Below are positions 1 to 9,988 of a stretch of DNA of 64,000 nucleotides, one piece after another. The first letter of the stretch is position 1, and each line of letters begins with the position of its first letter. Source of the stretch: Patescibacteria group bacterium (lineage in GTDB: Bacteria; Patescibacteriota; Minisyncoccia; Phycocordibacterales; SBAW01); assembly GCA_019752125.1 (NCBI GenBank), contig JAIEMM010000006.1, positions 6,120 through 70,119 on the forward strand, given 5' to 3'. The position numbers and the translations under genes were made by a program. Below the pieces are notes generated by a model. It was not told the DNA's origin and made no database searches. It saw only the letters and a program-made list of their open reading frames with translations.

Positions 1-402
1 ACTCGCGTTAAAGATATACGCGTATTCGCAGGTGGAGCTAAAAAAGCCGACTGGGACATCGGTCTTGTTATCGACGTTATTGCAATGGCTCAAAAGCTCG
101 ACACCATCATTCTCGCTACAGGCGACGGTGACATGGTCCCGCTTGTTGAATATGTACGCTACACGTACGGCTGCCAGGTTGAAGTTATCGCATTCGGTAA
201 ATCTGCCGCGGGTATACTCCGCGATGCCGCAGATGAATTTATCGACATGGGTGAGAATCCTCGCAATTATTTGATCAACTACCGAGGTGGGGGAGGCAAA
301 GGCTTCTCTATCCCAGGTTTTGGCCATCCAACCAAACCTTCGGAAGATGAAGGCATTGATGTGGGTCAAGAAATCTACGACGATAGTGATCCGGAGGAAT
401 AA
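1..402 (+). CDS. NYN/LabA-like (DUF88) domain protein, 5'-truncated by window edge
   Basis: Frame 1 is open from base 1 and joins ORF 85..402. Translation ...DTIILATGDGDMVPLVEY...QVEVIAFGKSAAGILRDAADEFIDM is typical of the LabA/NYN fold. A hairpin plus T-tract follows at 415-442. Confidence 0.55.
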   Translation, partial: TRVKDIRVFAGGAKKADWDIGLVIDVIAMAQKLDTIILATGDGDMVPLVEYVRYTYGCQVEVIAFGKSAAGILRDAADEFIDMGENPRNYLINYRGGGGKGFSIPGFGHPTKPSEDEGIDVGQEIYDDSDPEE

Positions 403-414
403 AATAGACTTAAA

Positions 415-442
415 ACACCGACTAGAAATAGTCGGTGTTTTG
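415..442 (+). terminator. rho-independent terminator (acaccgact-agaaat-agtcggtgt + TTTG)
   Basis: 9-bp perfect stem, 6-nt loop and T-run directly after the stop at 402. Confidence 0.55.
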
Positions 443-641
443 CATTACAGTGTCTATATATATGAGCAGCTTTGCTCTCATATAATCGTCGCTCGCTCGG
501 AATCAAAAGCAAGCTTTTGTTCTCTCGTTCGCTAGATTATAAGTAAGCGCGAAGGGCGCGGATACGTAGGCCTTTTCGAGAAAGTCCCTCGACGGACTCG
601 GGATAAAGAGACCTAACATTCGCGAACTTCGTCAAAATATT

Positions 642-2858
642 ATGAAGTCAAAGAAGTTCGAAACACAGGTAGGCGGCAAGACATTGTCTGCCGAGTTTAC
701 TGACCTAGCAGAAAACGCCAACGGTTCGGTTATTGTCCGTTATGGCAACACAGCGTTGCTGGCAACTGCTGTTATCTCATCACGCACACGCGATGACATC
801 GACTATTTCCCATTGAGCGTTGAGTTTGAAGAACGCTACTATGCAGCAGGCTCAATCGGAGGCTCCCGCTTTGTCCGCCGTGAAGGTCGCCCATCTGAAA
901 CAGCTATTCTTTCCGGCCGCGTTGTAGACCGCACCATCCGCCCACTATTTCCTCAGCACATGCGCAACGAAGTGCAGGTGATTATCACCATGCTTGCACT
1001 CGATGAAGAGGATCCAGCTGCAGTTGCAGTAAACGCAGCGTCGCTCGCACTCGCAACGTCTGATATCCCATGGGGTGGCCCGGTTGCTGCAGTACGTATT
1101 GGTAAAAAACTCGATGGAGATCTTATCGTCAATCCATCATATAAGGAACGAGAGGATGCAGAAAACATTTTGGACATTCTGGCATGCGGCAAAGACGGCA
1201 CTATAAACATGATCGAGGTAGGCGCAAAGGAAGTTTCTGAAGATGACATCGCTGCAGGCTTTGCTCGTGCCGTAAGCGAACACGACAAAATTTTGGAGTG
1301 GCAGAAGAAAATAATCGCAGAGATAGGCAAACAGAAGCGTGATGCGGAAAAACCAGAAATTCCAGCAGCACTCAGTGAACTGTTTGAAAAAGAATTTAAA
1401 CAAAAATTGAGCGAGGCAGTGTTCTGCGGACTTCCAAGCAAGGACGCGATCCACGAAGTGCAGGATGCGTGGATGGCCAAAATTAAAGAGTTGGCTTCAC
1501 AAAACTCTCCGCTCCAGGGAGATATACCTCGCCCTTCCGCAGAGAGTTTTGTTTCGCCTGGCGTTGCAAAGCGTTTCTTGGAAGATAAAGTAGACGAAGA
1601 AATTCACCGTGGCGCAGTCGAAGAAGGGAAGCGTGCAGACAACCGTGCGTTCGACGAAGTGCGTCCGCTGTTTGCAAAAGCAGGTGGCGTTTCTGACATA
1701 CTCCACGGCTCAGGTATTTTCTACCGTGGGGGCACGCACGTATTTAGTGCACTTACACTCGGCGGCCCTGGCGACTCACAGGTTATTGATTCTATGGAGG
1801 AGCACGATGTTAAAAAACGCTTCATGCACCACTACAACTTTCCACCATACTCTGCCGGAGAAACTGGACGTGTTGGTGGTTTGAATCGTCGCATGATTGG
1901 CCACGGAGCTCTCGCAGAAAAAGCACTCGAAGCAGTGATTCCATCTGCCCAACAATTTCCGTACACGATTCGTGTCGTATCTGAATGTCTCGCAAGCAAC
2001 GGATCAACATCGATGGGTTCTGTCTGCGCATCGACACTCGCACTTATGGATGGAGGTGTTCCATTGAAAGCGCCGGTTGCCGGCATCGCAATGGGCCTCA
2101 TGCTTTCAATGAATGGCGATGGTCGTTACAAAGTTCTCACAGACATCCAGGGACCGGAGGATGAATTTGGCGACATGGACTTTAAAGTCGCAGGCACGCG
2201 CGCAGGAGTTACTGCAATCCAGATGGACATTAAGCTCGACGGCGTGCCGGTACCAATTTTGGTTGAAGCACTCGCGGGCGCAAAGAAAGCACGTGCACAT
2301 ATTCTTGATGTTATCGAGAAAGAAATTTCTGCACCGCGCGCAAACATAAATTCTCGAGCTCCAGAAATTATCACGATGAATGTTCGACCTGACCAAATTG
2401 GTCTGGTCATCGGTGGGGGAGGAAAAACTATAAATGGAATTAAAGATGTAACTAAGGTCAGCGACATCACTATCGAAGATGATGGTTCTATTTTCATCAC
2501 TGGCAAAAACGGCACAGCGCAGATGGCAAAGACAATGATTGAAGCGCTCGTAAAAGAATACAAAGCAGGTGAGATGTACGAAGGTGAAGTAACTCGCATG
2601 ATGGACTTTGGCGCATTCGTACGCATTGGTCCAGGTAAAGATGCCGAGGGCTTGGTGCATGTTTCTGAAGTTGCGCCATTCCGCATCGAAAAGATTGCTG
2701 GCGTACTTTCGGTTGGAGATAAAGTGCGGGTTATGATTAAAGAGATAGACGAGAAAGGCCGTTTAAATCTTTCGATTAAAGCCGCAGATCCTGACTTCGC
2801 AGCACGTAAAGGTCTGACACCGTCTACTCAGCCAAATGGATCAGGACCAAAACTCTAA
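642..2858 (+). CDS. pnp: polynucleotide phosphorylase (PNPase), 738 aa with C-terminal KH and S1 domains
   Basis: Two RNase PH-like repeats (…GGTHVFSALTLGGPGD…, …FGDMDFKVAGTRAGVTAIQMDIKLDG…) followed by a KH motif (LVIGGGGKTI) and an S1 region (GEVTRMMDFGAFV). Confidence 0.95.
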   Translation: MKSKKFETQVGGKTLSAEFTDLAENANGSVIVRYGNTALLATAVISSRTRDDIDYFPLSVEFEERYYAAGSIGGSRFVRREGRPSETAILSGRVVDRTIRPLFPQHMRNEVQVIITMLALDEEDPAAVAVNAASLALATSDIPWGGPVAAVRIGKKLDGDLIVNPSYKEREDAENILDILACGKDGTINMIEVGAKEVSEDDIAAGFARAVSEHDKILEWQKKIIAEIGKQKRDAEKPEIPAALSELFEKEFKQKLSEAVFCGLPSKDAIHEVQDAWMAKIKELASQNSPLQGDIPRPSAESFVSPGVAKRFLEDKVDEEIHRGAVEEGKRADNRAFDEVRPLFAKAGGVSDILHGSGIFYRGGTHVFSALTLGGPGDSQVIDSMEEHDVKKRFMHHYNFPPYSAGETGRVGGLNRRMIGHGALAEKALEAVIPSAQQFPYTIRVVSECLASNGSTSMGSVCASTLALMDGGVPLKAPVAGIAMGLMLSMNGDGRYKVLTDIQGPEDEFGDMDFKVAGTRAGVTAIQMDIKLDGVPVPILVEALAGAKKARAHILDVIEKEISAPRANINSRAPEIITMNVRPDQIGLVIGGGGKTINGIKDVTKVSDITIEDDGSIFITGKNGTAQMAKTMIEALVKEYKAGEMYEGEVTRMMDFGAFVRIGPGKDAEGLVHVSEVAPFRIEKIAGVLSVGDKVRVMIKEIDEKGRLNLSIKAADPDFAARKGLTPSTQPNGSGPKL

Positions 2859-4008
2859 GAATAGTTTAGACCTCAATAATATTCTGCTTCCAAAAAAGGA
2901 CGCTCCTTCTGTCGACTCCGCTCAGCGTGTCGACGCAGGAACTCTCATGCAGCAGGAACAAGCGGCGACTCTTAAGCCCCCGGTTTCTTCTAGTGATTCT
3001 GTTTCACGCTCCTCTGTAACCCCTCCTCCGCAAGAAGGTATCGCCCCTTTGCAGACGTTTCAGGGTGATATCGCGAGCGCAATTGGGAACAAGGGCGTGT
3101 CCGTAGTCTCAATAGCTGCAGCAGAAGCTAATCGACGCGGAACACAACCTGTTTCACAAGACTCACAAATAACAAACACACCAGCGCCTCACACGCTTCG
3201 CAACATCGTCTTCGCACTTATTGGTCTGCTATTTGTAGCTGGCGCTGTCGGCGCTCTTGCCTACATTGTACTATCGAACGCACCGCTTCCGCAACAACAA
3301 GCTGGCGCTACACCGTTCATCTCAATCGACAACACGAATACAATTTCCGTAGAGCCAACTGTTAAAGCACCAGGTCTTATGCAACGGCTTGTTTCGGCAA
3401 AAAATTCGGTTTCGATTTCACTCGGATTAATTGCACAATTGTATGTGGAACAGACAGGAACAACCACCGCTGCAGAACCAACATATATGAGCGCCCAAAC
3501 GCTGCTCTCTACACTAGCCCCAGAACTGTCCGACACCTTCGTGCGCAATGTTTCACCAGTGTATCTTCTTGGCGTACATTCTTTCGGCGTGAATCAGCCG
3601 TTCCTAATTTTGAAAGTCGACTCGTACGAACAAGGGTACGCGGGCATGCTTGCGTGGGAGAAGGGAATAAAAAAAGATCTTGCGCCGCTCTTTACCTACG
3701 TGCCAGCTCCTAAGATTACGAAGCCTGCGCAGAACCCAATTGCAGTTGCAACTTCAACGACCGCTACCTCAACACCGAGCCTCGCCACCTCCACCCCAGA
3801 ACTTCCACCACTCCAAACCGGCTTCACGGACGCCGTAGTACAAAATCATGACGCAAGAGTTACAGTGGACCAGTATGGCACTGTTAATTTTCTGTGGACC
3901 TTCCTCGACAGGCAGACATTGGTTATAACCACAAACCCTGATACGTTGCGTGAAATTATCGCTCGCCTCAAACAGTCGCCCATCCTCTACAAGACAACTT
4001 CTCAATAA
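2836..4008 (+). CDS. hypothetical membrane-anchored protein (one TM, Ser/Thr/Pro-rich stretches)
   Basis: 390-aa ORF overlapping the pnp stop by 23 nt. One hydrophobic helix (IVFALIGLLFVAGAVGALAYIVL) and a low-complexity TSTTATSTPSLATSTP segment. No recognisable catalytic motif. Confidence 0.5.
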   Translation: MDQDQNSKNSLDLNNILLPKKDAPSVDSAQRVDAGTLMQQEQAATLKPPVSSSDSVSRSSVTPPPQEGIAPLQTFQGDIASAIGNKGVSVVSIAAAEANRRGTQPVSQDSQITNTPAPHTLRNIVFALIGLLFVAGAVGALAYIVLSNAPLPQQQAGATPFISIDNTNTISVEPTVKAPGLMQRLVSAKNSVSISLGLIAQLYVEQTGTTTAAEPTYMSAQTLLSTLAPELSDTFVRNVSPVYLLGVHSFGVNQPFLILKVDSYEQGYAGMLAWEKGIKKDLAPLFTYVPAPKITKPAQNPIAVATSTTATSTPSLATSTPELPPLQTGFTDAVVQNHDARVTVDQYGTVNFLWTFLDRQTLVITTNPDTLREIIARLKQSPILYKTTSQ

Positions 4009-4032
4009 CCCGGAGTTTGGTATGATGCATGT

Positions 4033-4407
4033 ATGCTAGAAAACATTTCACATTTTAAACAAAAATTAGAAGACGAGTTGCTCGAGGTTGAAGATCGTTT
4101 GAAAGCAGCGGGCATGCAGAACGAAGCAGGTGAGTGGGAAGTGCGCGACACAGATATTGATGAAACTGCGACTGAGTCTGACGAACTTGGCGACCGCATG
4201 GAAGAATTCGGAGAAAAGAAAGCTGAGGTTGGTGAGATAGAAATCCATTGGCGCAATATTGAACGCGCGATTGAAAAAATTGAACTCGGAACATACGGCA
4301 CCTGCGAAGTATGCGGCGAAGAGATCGAAGAGAATCGTCTCGAAATAAATCCATCTGCTCGCACCTGCAAAACCCACATGGACGAAGAATCTGGGCTCCC
4401 AGCATAA
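4033..4407 (+). CDS. DksA/TraR-family C4 zinc-finger protein
   Basis: N-terminal coiled-coil then C-x2-C…C-x2-H (GTYGTCEVCGEEIEENRLEINPSARTCKTH), the TraR/DksA zinc-finger signature. Confidence 0.7.
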   Translation: MLENISHFKQKLEDELLEVEDRLKAAGMQNEAGEWEVRDTDIDETATESDELGDRMEEFGEKKAEVGEIEIHWRNIERAIEKIELGTYGTCEVCGEEIEENRLEINPSARTCKTHMDEESGLPA

Positions 4408-4436
4408 CTCACAAGCGCAAAATTTATTTTTATTTT

Positions 4437-4471
4437 ATCTCGGGATTAACTTTCCCGAGATATTTGTTTTT
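4437..4471 (+). terminator. rho-independent terminator (atctcggga…tcccgagat + ATTTGTTTTT)
   Basis: 9-bp perfect stem followed by a T-rich tract after the stop at 4407. Confidence 0.6.
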
Positions 4472-4478
4472 ATAGAAT

Positions 4479-6023
4479 GTGCTCATGCAATATGCGCGCG
4501 TATACGGAGCCCAAGTCTCGCTCCTATCACCGCATATTGTGTCGGTAGAAACTGATCTCTCAAGAGGCCTGCATTCGTTTACTATCGTTGGCCTTCCAGA
4601 CAAGGCAGTGGAGGAGAGTCGTGACCGCGTCGCGGCGGCAATTAAACATTCTGGTTTTGATTCACCTAAAAGTAGGAACCAACGAATTGTTATTTCACTC
4701 GCCCCCGCAGATCTGCGTAAAGAAGGTCCGATGTTCGACCTCGCAATCGCGCTTTCGTACTTGCTTGCTGCGGATGATATTCGTTTTGACCCTGAAAACT
4801 ATTTATTTGTTGGAGAACTTTCGCTTGATGGACACTTGCAACCAGTGCGAGGGATTTTGCCATTAGTCGCAGAAGCAAAGCGGAGAGGGAAGAAAGCTAT
4901 CTTTGTTCCAAAGAAAAACGAGAGGGAGGCGGCGCTCGTAAACGGAATTGAAGTATATGGCGTACGTACCTTAGGTGAGGTGGTTGATCATGTGAACGAG
5001 AAAAGGGAATCAGGGAAACGACAACCCATTAAACTTGTACCAGCCCCGCCCACCAAACTTGAGCCGTCACTTCAAGAATCACAGTTTGCGTTTGAAGACA
5101 TTCGCGGGCAGGAAGGCGCAAAGCGAGCAGCAATAATCGCTGCGGCGGGCGGACACAACCTAGGGCTTAGTGGGCCGCCGGGCACTGGCAAAACAATGTT
5201 GGCTAGGGCGCTTGCCTCTGTACTTCCACCCCTGTCATTTGACGAAGTTCTAGAAGTGAATGGCATCCACTCTATTGCAGGCCTACTGCACGACAAACTT
5301 TTGACCGTACCTCCGTTCCGTTCGCCGCACCATACAGCCAGCTATGTTTCCATAGTGGGCGGCGGCGCCAACGTACGCCCAGGCGAAGTTACGCTCGCAC
5401 ATCGCGGTGTTTTGTTTTTAGATGAATTTCCAGAATTTGATAGGCGGCTTATTGAAGCCCTGCGCCAGCCGCTAGAAGATAGAGTCATTGCTGTCGCACG
5501 CGCAAAAGGCACAGCGGTGTATCCCGCCCGCTTTACATTAGTTGCAGCCATGAACCCCTGCCCGTGCGGCAACTATGGCCACCCAGAAGTTGCGTGCACC
5601 TGTAGCCCCATGTCGCTTGAACGGTACAGAAGAAAAATTTCAGGACCAATAGCCGACCGTATTGATCTCTGGATTGTAATGGGGCCTGTCGACTTACCAG
5701 AGCTTGGAAAAAGATCCGTGCAGGGGACAGAGACAGTAGCTGCACGCAGACAAGTGCTTGATGCCCGCACGATGCAGTACTCTCGGTACGGAACAACAAA
5801 AACAAACAGCGACCTTTCACCACGCGAGCTTGAAAATTTCGTCCCGCTTTCAGCTGGGGCTCGAACAGTATTAGAAAAAGCAGGGCAGCGCCTTTCGCTT
5901 TCTCCCCGCGCATTTCACCGTGTCATAAAAGTGGCCCGTACTATCGCCGACCTCGACGCCTCACCCGACATCAATGAGTCACATATCCTCGAAGCGCTGC
6001 AGTATCGACAACGGAAAATGTAA
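4479..6023 (+). CDS. YifB/ComM-family Mg-chelatase-like AAA+ ATPase
   Basis: N-terminal Lon-like domain. Walker A (GLSGPPGTGKT), Walker B (VLFLDEFPEF) and a C4 zinc-ribbon insert (NPCPCGNYGHPEVACTCS) typical of the YifB/ComM family. Confidence 0.9.
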   Translation: MLMQYARVYGAQVSLLSPHIVSVETDLSRGLHSFTIVGLPDKAVEESRDRVAAAIKHSGFDSPKSRNQRIVISLAPADLRKEGPMFDLAIALSYLLAADDIRFDPENYLFVGELSLDGHLQPVRGILPLVAEAKRRGKKAIFVPKKNEREAALVNGIEVYGVRTLGEVVDHVNEKRESGKRQPIKLVPAPPTKLEPSLQESQFAFEDIRGQEGAKRAAIIAAAGGHNLGLSGPPGTGKTMLARALASVLPPLSFDEVLEVNGIHSIAGLLHDKLLTVPPFRSPHHTASYVSIVGGGANVRPGEVTLAHRGVLFLDEFPEFDRRLIEALRQPLEDRVIAVARAKGTAVYPARFTLVAAMNPCPCGNYGHPEVACTCSPMSLERYRRKISGPIADRIDLWIVMGPVDLPELGKRSVQGTETVAARRQVLDARTMQYSRYGTTKTNSDLSPRELENFVPLSAGARTVLEKAGQRLSLSPRAFHRVIKVARTIADLDASPDINESHILEALQYRQRKM

Positions 6024-6075
6024 CTTTGTATAAATTTAAAGAGTAATAAAACAGGATCATCGTACGAAAGGAAAA

Positions 6076-6630
6076 TTGATGGCCTACAACGTGAAGCGTC
6101 GAGCGATATTTTTCGATAGAGACGGTGTCATTAACGAACTCGTCTATCGTGGTGAAAACTTCGTAGTAGCAGACCAAAAGGTGCAGCGTACCGCTCCGTG
6201 GGTTCTACAGGAATTGCGCATTTACGACGGCGCAGCAGCTGTGATCCAACAGGTTCGTGAGAAAGGATACATGGCTATCATCGCAACCAATCAACCCGAT
6301 ATGCGACACGGCCTTATGGAGCAAGCGGCGTTGTTTGCAATCATGAATGCCGTTTGCGCACTTGGTTTCGACGATGCATTCATGTGTACTCATACTCGAG
6401 CTGAAGGTTGCCTTTGCCATAAACCTTTACCTGGCATGCTTCACCAAGCGGAGAAGAAGTGGAATCTAGACATGAGCGATTCGTTCATGCTTGGTGATAT
6501 GGAGACAGATCTCCAAGCAGCCCGAGCTGCAGGATGTACACCAGTTCTTATTGATCGGCCCTACAACATCAACGTGCCCGCCGAACATCGTATCAACACT
6601 CACGCAGAATTGTTGAGGCTCATTAACTGA
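6076..6630 (+). CDS. HAD-IIIA family phosphatase (GmhB / D,D-heptose-1,7-bisphosphate phosphatase-like)
   Basis: HAD motif I (FFDRDGVIN), a Cys-rich Zn site typical of GmhB (CTHTRAEGCLCHKP) and motif III/IV (GDMETD). Confidence 0.75.
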   Translation: MMAYNVKRRAIFFDRDGVINELVYRGENFVVADQKVQRTAPWVLQELRIYDGAAAVIQQVREKGYMAIIATNQPDMRHGLMEQAALFAIMNAVCALGFDDAFMCTHTRAEGCLCHKPLPGMLHQAEKKWNLDMSDSFMLGDMETDLQAARAAGCTPVLIDRPYNINVPAEHRINTHAELLRLIN

Positions 6631-6635
6631 GCAAA

Positions 6636-6669
6636 AGCGTCCTCTCAGTTCAAGAAGGGACGCTTTTTT
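6636..6669. terminator. bidirectional rho-independent terminator between convergent genes
   Basis: agcgtccc…gggacgct stem flanked by an A-run upstream and a T-run downstream. It lies between the stops at 6630 (+) and 6683 (-). Confidence 0.6.
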
Positions 6670-6682
6670 CTATATAAAAATA

Positions 6683-7750
6683 TTAGTTGCTGCTGCCAAC
6701 ACCGAGAGAAGCGAATGGGTTCTTAGCACCACGAACTTCGAAGTGGAGGTGGAAGCCGGTAGATTGGCCAGTAGAACCGACCTTGCCGATTACATCACCT
6801 TGGTCAACCTGGGATCCGGGCGAAGTAAGTACTTTACTCATGTGTGCGTACAGTGTTTGAGTGCCGTTTGAGTGTTGAATAACGACATAACTACCGTACC
6901 CACCATTCCATCCACCGTTGCCGTTTGCAACAATAACAGTACCTCCGGCTGCGGCGTAGATTGATGTTCCTTTAGGTGCGCCGATGTCGACGCCGTTCCA
7001 TCCGTGCAAACCTTGTGTGATGATGCCGTCTGCAACTGGCCATGCATAGTAGCCAGAGATAGCTGGGCCAGAGCCGCCAAGATACGGTTCTGTTGTTTTG
7101 CCGCTCGCAATATTTTTTATCTTAGTTGTATTTGAATTCGATTTGGTCGGAACCGGGGCCGAGAGTACTCCGTTTGGAATCAAAAGTACATCACCAACAG
7201 TAAGCGCTTGTCCGTCCGCCAAATCGTTATATGCCGCAATGCCGTGTGCATCAGAATTGTATTTTTTTGCAAGCGACGCCAGCGTCTCGCCTTTTACAAC
7301 GGTGTGTTGAATACCGGTAATAGGCAAGATAATGAGCGTCTGGCCCGGCTGGATTACGCCTTTTTTAATATCGTTTGCGCCCAAGATAGTGTTAGTCGAC
7401 ACATCAAACATGTCCGCGATGCTCGACAATGTATCGCCCTCGCGTACGGTATAGACGCTGATTTGCTGATTTGTTGGGAGGTTTTCTATATCCGCTGCCG
7501 TTCCAGAAGGCCCCTCCTGAGCGATAAGTGCCGAACCGTTAACCACTGTGATGCCACCACCTCCAACAGAAGGACTCGGGTCGAGGTTTACAGCTGGAGC
7601 AAGAAGGGTCATTCGCTGTGAGTTAGATGCTCCGCCCGCCGCACTGCTTACAGCAGCTGAGCTATTTAGAAGGGAAGAAAAAATACTAGCGGAGGCTAGT
7701 ATAGGCATACAAAAGACAAAAGATGCTCCGCTTAGGGCGAGGGCGATCAT
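6683..7750 (-). CDS. secreted peptidoglycan hydrolase with two LysM domains and a C-terminal M23 peptidase domain
   Basis: Signal peptide. Two LysM repeats (YTVREGDTLSSIADMF…, HTVVKGETLASLAKKY…). M23 signature (HGWNGVDIGAPKGT…GYGSYVVIQH…STGQSTGFHLHFEV). Confidence 0.85.
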   Translation of the reverse strand: MIALALSGASFVFCMPILASASIFSSLLNSSAAVSSAAGGASNSQRMTLLAPAVNLDPSPSVGGGGITVVNGSALIAQEGPSGTAADIENLPTNQQISVYTVREGDTLSSIADMFDVSTNTILGANDIKKGVIQPGQTLIILPITGIQHTVVKGETLASLAKKYNSDAHGIAAYNDLADGQALTVGDVLLIPNGVLSAPVPTKSNSNTTKIKNIASGKTTEPYLGGSGPAISGYYAWPVADGIITQGLHGWNGVDIGAPKGTSIYAAAGGTVIVANGNGGWNGGYGSYVVIQHSNGTQTLYAHMSKVLTSPGSQVDQGDVIGKVGSTGQSTGFHLHFEVRGAKNPFASLGVGSSN

Positions 7751-8074
7751 AGCGAACTTTTTTACCCTTATTGAAGGGTCTGTAGTGGGATGCTTTAAGA
7801 TAAGCCTATTGGGTCCTCGCCCTGCAGTTTCAGCAATTAAATGGCTTTGTTAAGCCACTTCATCTATCGTTCATCTGTTACTAACTAACTATATAAAAGG
7901 AGGGGGGAGGGTCAACTTGACGACCCGTGAACTGTGGACAATGGTTGGGCGGGCCCGGAAATATCCACCTATACAAGGCTATATTTAGATGAAGGAACAC
8001 TATTTACAGGTGTGGAAAGCTGTATTCTAGTGTTATTCCTAGGGGAAATCTGAGTCTCGGGGTACTTTATAGAG

Positions 8075-9973
8075 ATGTCTGTTCACGAAGGCCTAAACGA
8101 AGCTCAAAAGACGGCCGTTACCTCAATTGAAGGACCAGTACTTGTAATCGCAGGAGCTGGGGCAGGGAAAACCCGCGTTATCGCTCACCGAATTCTAGAA
8201 ATCGTACGCAAAGGCACCCCTCCGGAGCAAATTTTAGCTATCACGTTCACCAACAAAGCTGCCTCAGAGATGCGTGAGCGCGTTTTAGGTCTTGTCGGAG
8301 ACGCTGGGGTACCCTTCGTTTCAACTTTTCACTCTCTCGGTCTTCAGATAATCAAAGAAAATGCGAAGCTGCTTGGGTATAAGCGTACGCCTGTTATTTA
8401 TGACAGGGCCGACTCTCTACGCGAGGTAAAAGCAGCGCTCAAACAGATCGGCACTGAAGAAATCGAGCCTCGCTCAGCGTTGGGTACGATTTCCAAACAA
8501 AAAGGGCAGGGGGTTGTCGCCGACGCGTTTGCTGAAAGTGCGGCGACGTCGCGCGACCGGCTTATCGCACAGGTGTGGGTTATATACGAACAGGCACTCA
8601 AAAAAGATGGGGCGGTAGATTTTGATGATCTTTTGCTTCGCTCGATGCGACTACTCCGCGACAACGAGGAAGTTCGAAAACATTACCAACAGCGTTGGAC
8701 CCATATACATATAGACGAATACCAAGACACAAACTCGGTACAGGCCACGATGGCAGAAATGTTAGTAGGGCCGCAAAAAAATATTTGTGCGGTGGGAGAC
8801 ATCGACCAAACTATTTACGGTTGGCGCGGGGCTGAGATCGCAAACATGCTTATGTTTGAAAAAAAGTTTCCTGGTGCAAAAATAATTTTGCTTGAAGAAA
8901 ACTATCGTTCGACCAAAACAATTCTTGCAGCAGCAAACGAGGTTATTGCAAAAAATGTCTATAGGCGCGAAAAAAATCTCTATACAAAAAATATTGATGG
9001 GGAACCTCTTGGCATCTACCAGGCCTTTGATGAAACAGACGAGGCGGGTTTTATTGCGCGAAAAATAAAAGAGGGGGTGAGAGAGGGTAGAAAGCCCAAG
9101 GATTTTTGTGTGCTCTACCGCGCCAACTTCCAGTCACGCGCTATTGAAGAGCAGTTGCTCGCTGCTGATATTCCATACCAAGTGCTGGGCACACGATTCT
9201 TCGAACGTAAAGAGGTTAAAGATGTTTTGTCGTTTATAAAAACTGCGCTGTTTGAAACACCCGCAGACCTCGCTCGTATTGCAAACGTTCCACCGCGAGG
9301 CATAGGGAAGGTAACCCTGCTCAAACTTCTCAGTGGTAAAGAACAGGAACTTACAGGTGCAGTGCGTGAAAAAATTCACTCACTCCATCTACTTATACAA
9401 AAAATAAAAATGGGGGCAGAGGAATTAAAACCATCTGAGCTCGTGCGCTTCGTCATAACAGAGTCTGGGCTTGAGCGAATGATGAAAGAGGACAAACTTG
9501 AAGGGCCGGAACGGCTTGAAAACTTGCGCGAATTAGTTTCACTTGCGGCCAGATATGATCTGGCCGCCCCGAGCAACGTCGAGGGGCTGCATCTATTCTT
9601 AGAAAACGCAGCGCTTCAAAGTGACCAGGATGAACTTAAACAAGATTCAAATGCAGTGCGTTTAATGACTGTCCATGCTTCGAAAGGCCTTGAATTTCCT
9701 TATGTATTTATCACCGGCCTCGAAGAGGGTTTGTTCCCATACGAACGCATGGGTGGAGATGGTGAAGACCGAGATGACGAAGAAGAGCGTCGCTTAATGT
9801 ACGTTGCCATAACTCGCGCAGAAACAAAGGTGTTTCTTACGTTTGCTTCCTACCGCACCGTCTTTGGTTCAAAAAATTCAACCATCCCTTCAAAATTCCT
9901 CTCTGACATTTCAGACAGCCTCGTCTCCTGGGAAGCGCCTGAACGTATTGGCAGAACTATATATTTGGATTAG
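8075..9973 (+). CDS. uvrD: UvrD/PcrA/Rep-family ATP-dependent DNA helicase (compact, 632 aa)
   Basis: Helicase motifs Q/I (LNEAQKTAV…AGAGAGKTRVIAHR), Ia (AITFTNKAASEMRER), II (HIDEYQDTN) and a C-terminal VTRAETKVFL. Confidence 0.9.
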   Translation: MSVHEGLNEAQKTAVTSIEGPVLVIAGAGAGKTRVIAHRILEIVRKGTPPEQILAITFTNKAASEMRERVLGLVGDAGVPFVSTFHSLGLQIIKENAKLLGYKRTPVIYDRADSLREVKAALKQIGTEEIEPRSALGTISKQKGQGVVADAFAESAATSRDRLIAQVWVIYEQALKKDGAVDFDDLLLRSMRLLRDNEEVRKHYQQRWTHIHIDEYQDTNSVQATMAEMLVGPQKNICAVGDIDQTIYGWRGAEIANMLMFEKKFPGAKIILLEENYRSTKTILAAANEVIAKNVYRREKNLYTKNIDGEPLGIYQAFDETDEAGFIARKIKEGVREGRKPKDFCVLYRANFQSRAIEEQLLAADIPYQVLGTRFFERKEVKDVLSFIKTALFETPADLARIANVPPRGIGKVTLLKLLSGKEQELTGAVREKIHSLHLLIQKIKMGAEELKPSELVRFVITESGLERMMKEDKLEGPERLENLRELVSLAARYDLAAPSNVEGLHLFLENAALQSDQDELKQDSNAVRLMTVHASKGLEFPYVFITGLEEGLFPYERMGGDGEDRDDEEERRLMYVAITRAETKVFLTFASYRTVFGSKNSTIPSKFLSDISDSLVSWEAPERIGRTIYLD

Positions 9974-9988
9974 TGTGCATACAACGCT

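Noticed and set aside
2106-2686. 184/186-aa minus-strand ORFs
   Set aside because: They are antisense to the conserved pnp coding sequence and are shadow ORFs. The same applies to 953..1480 and 1137..1454.
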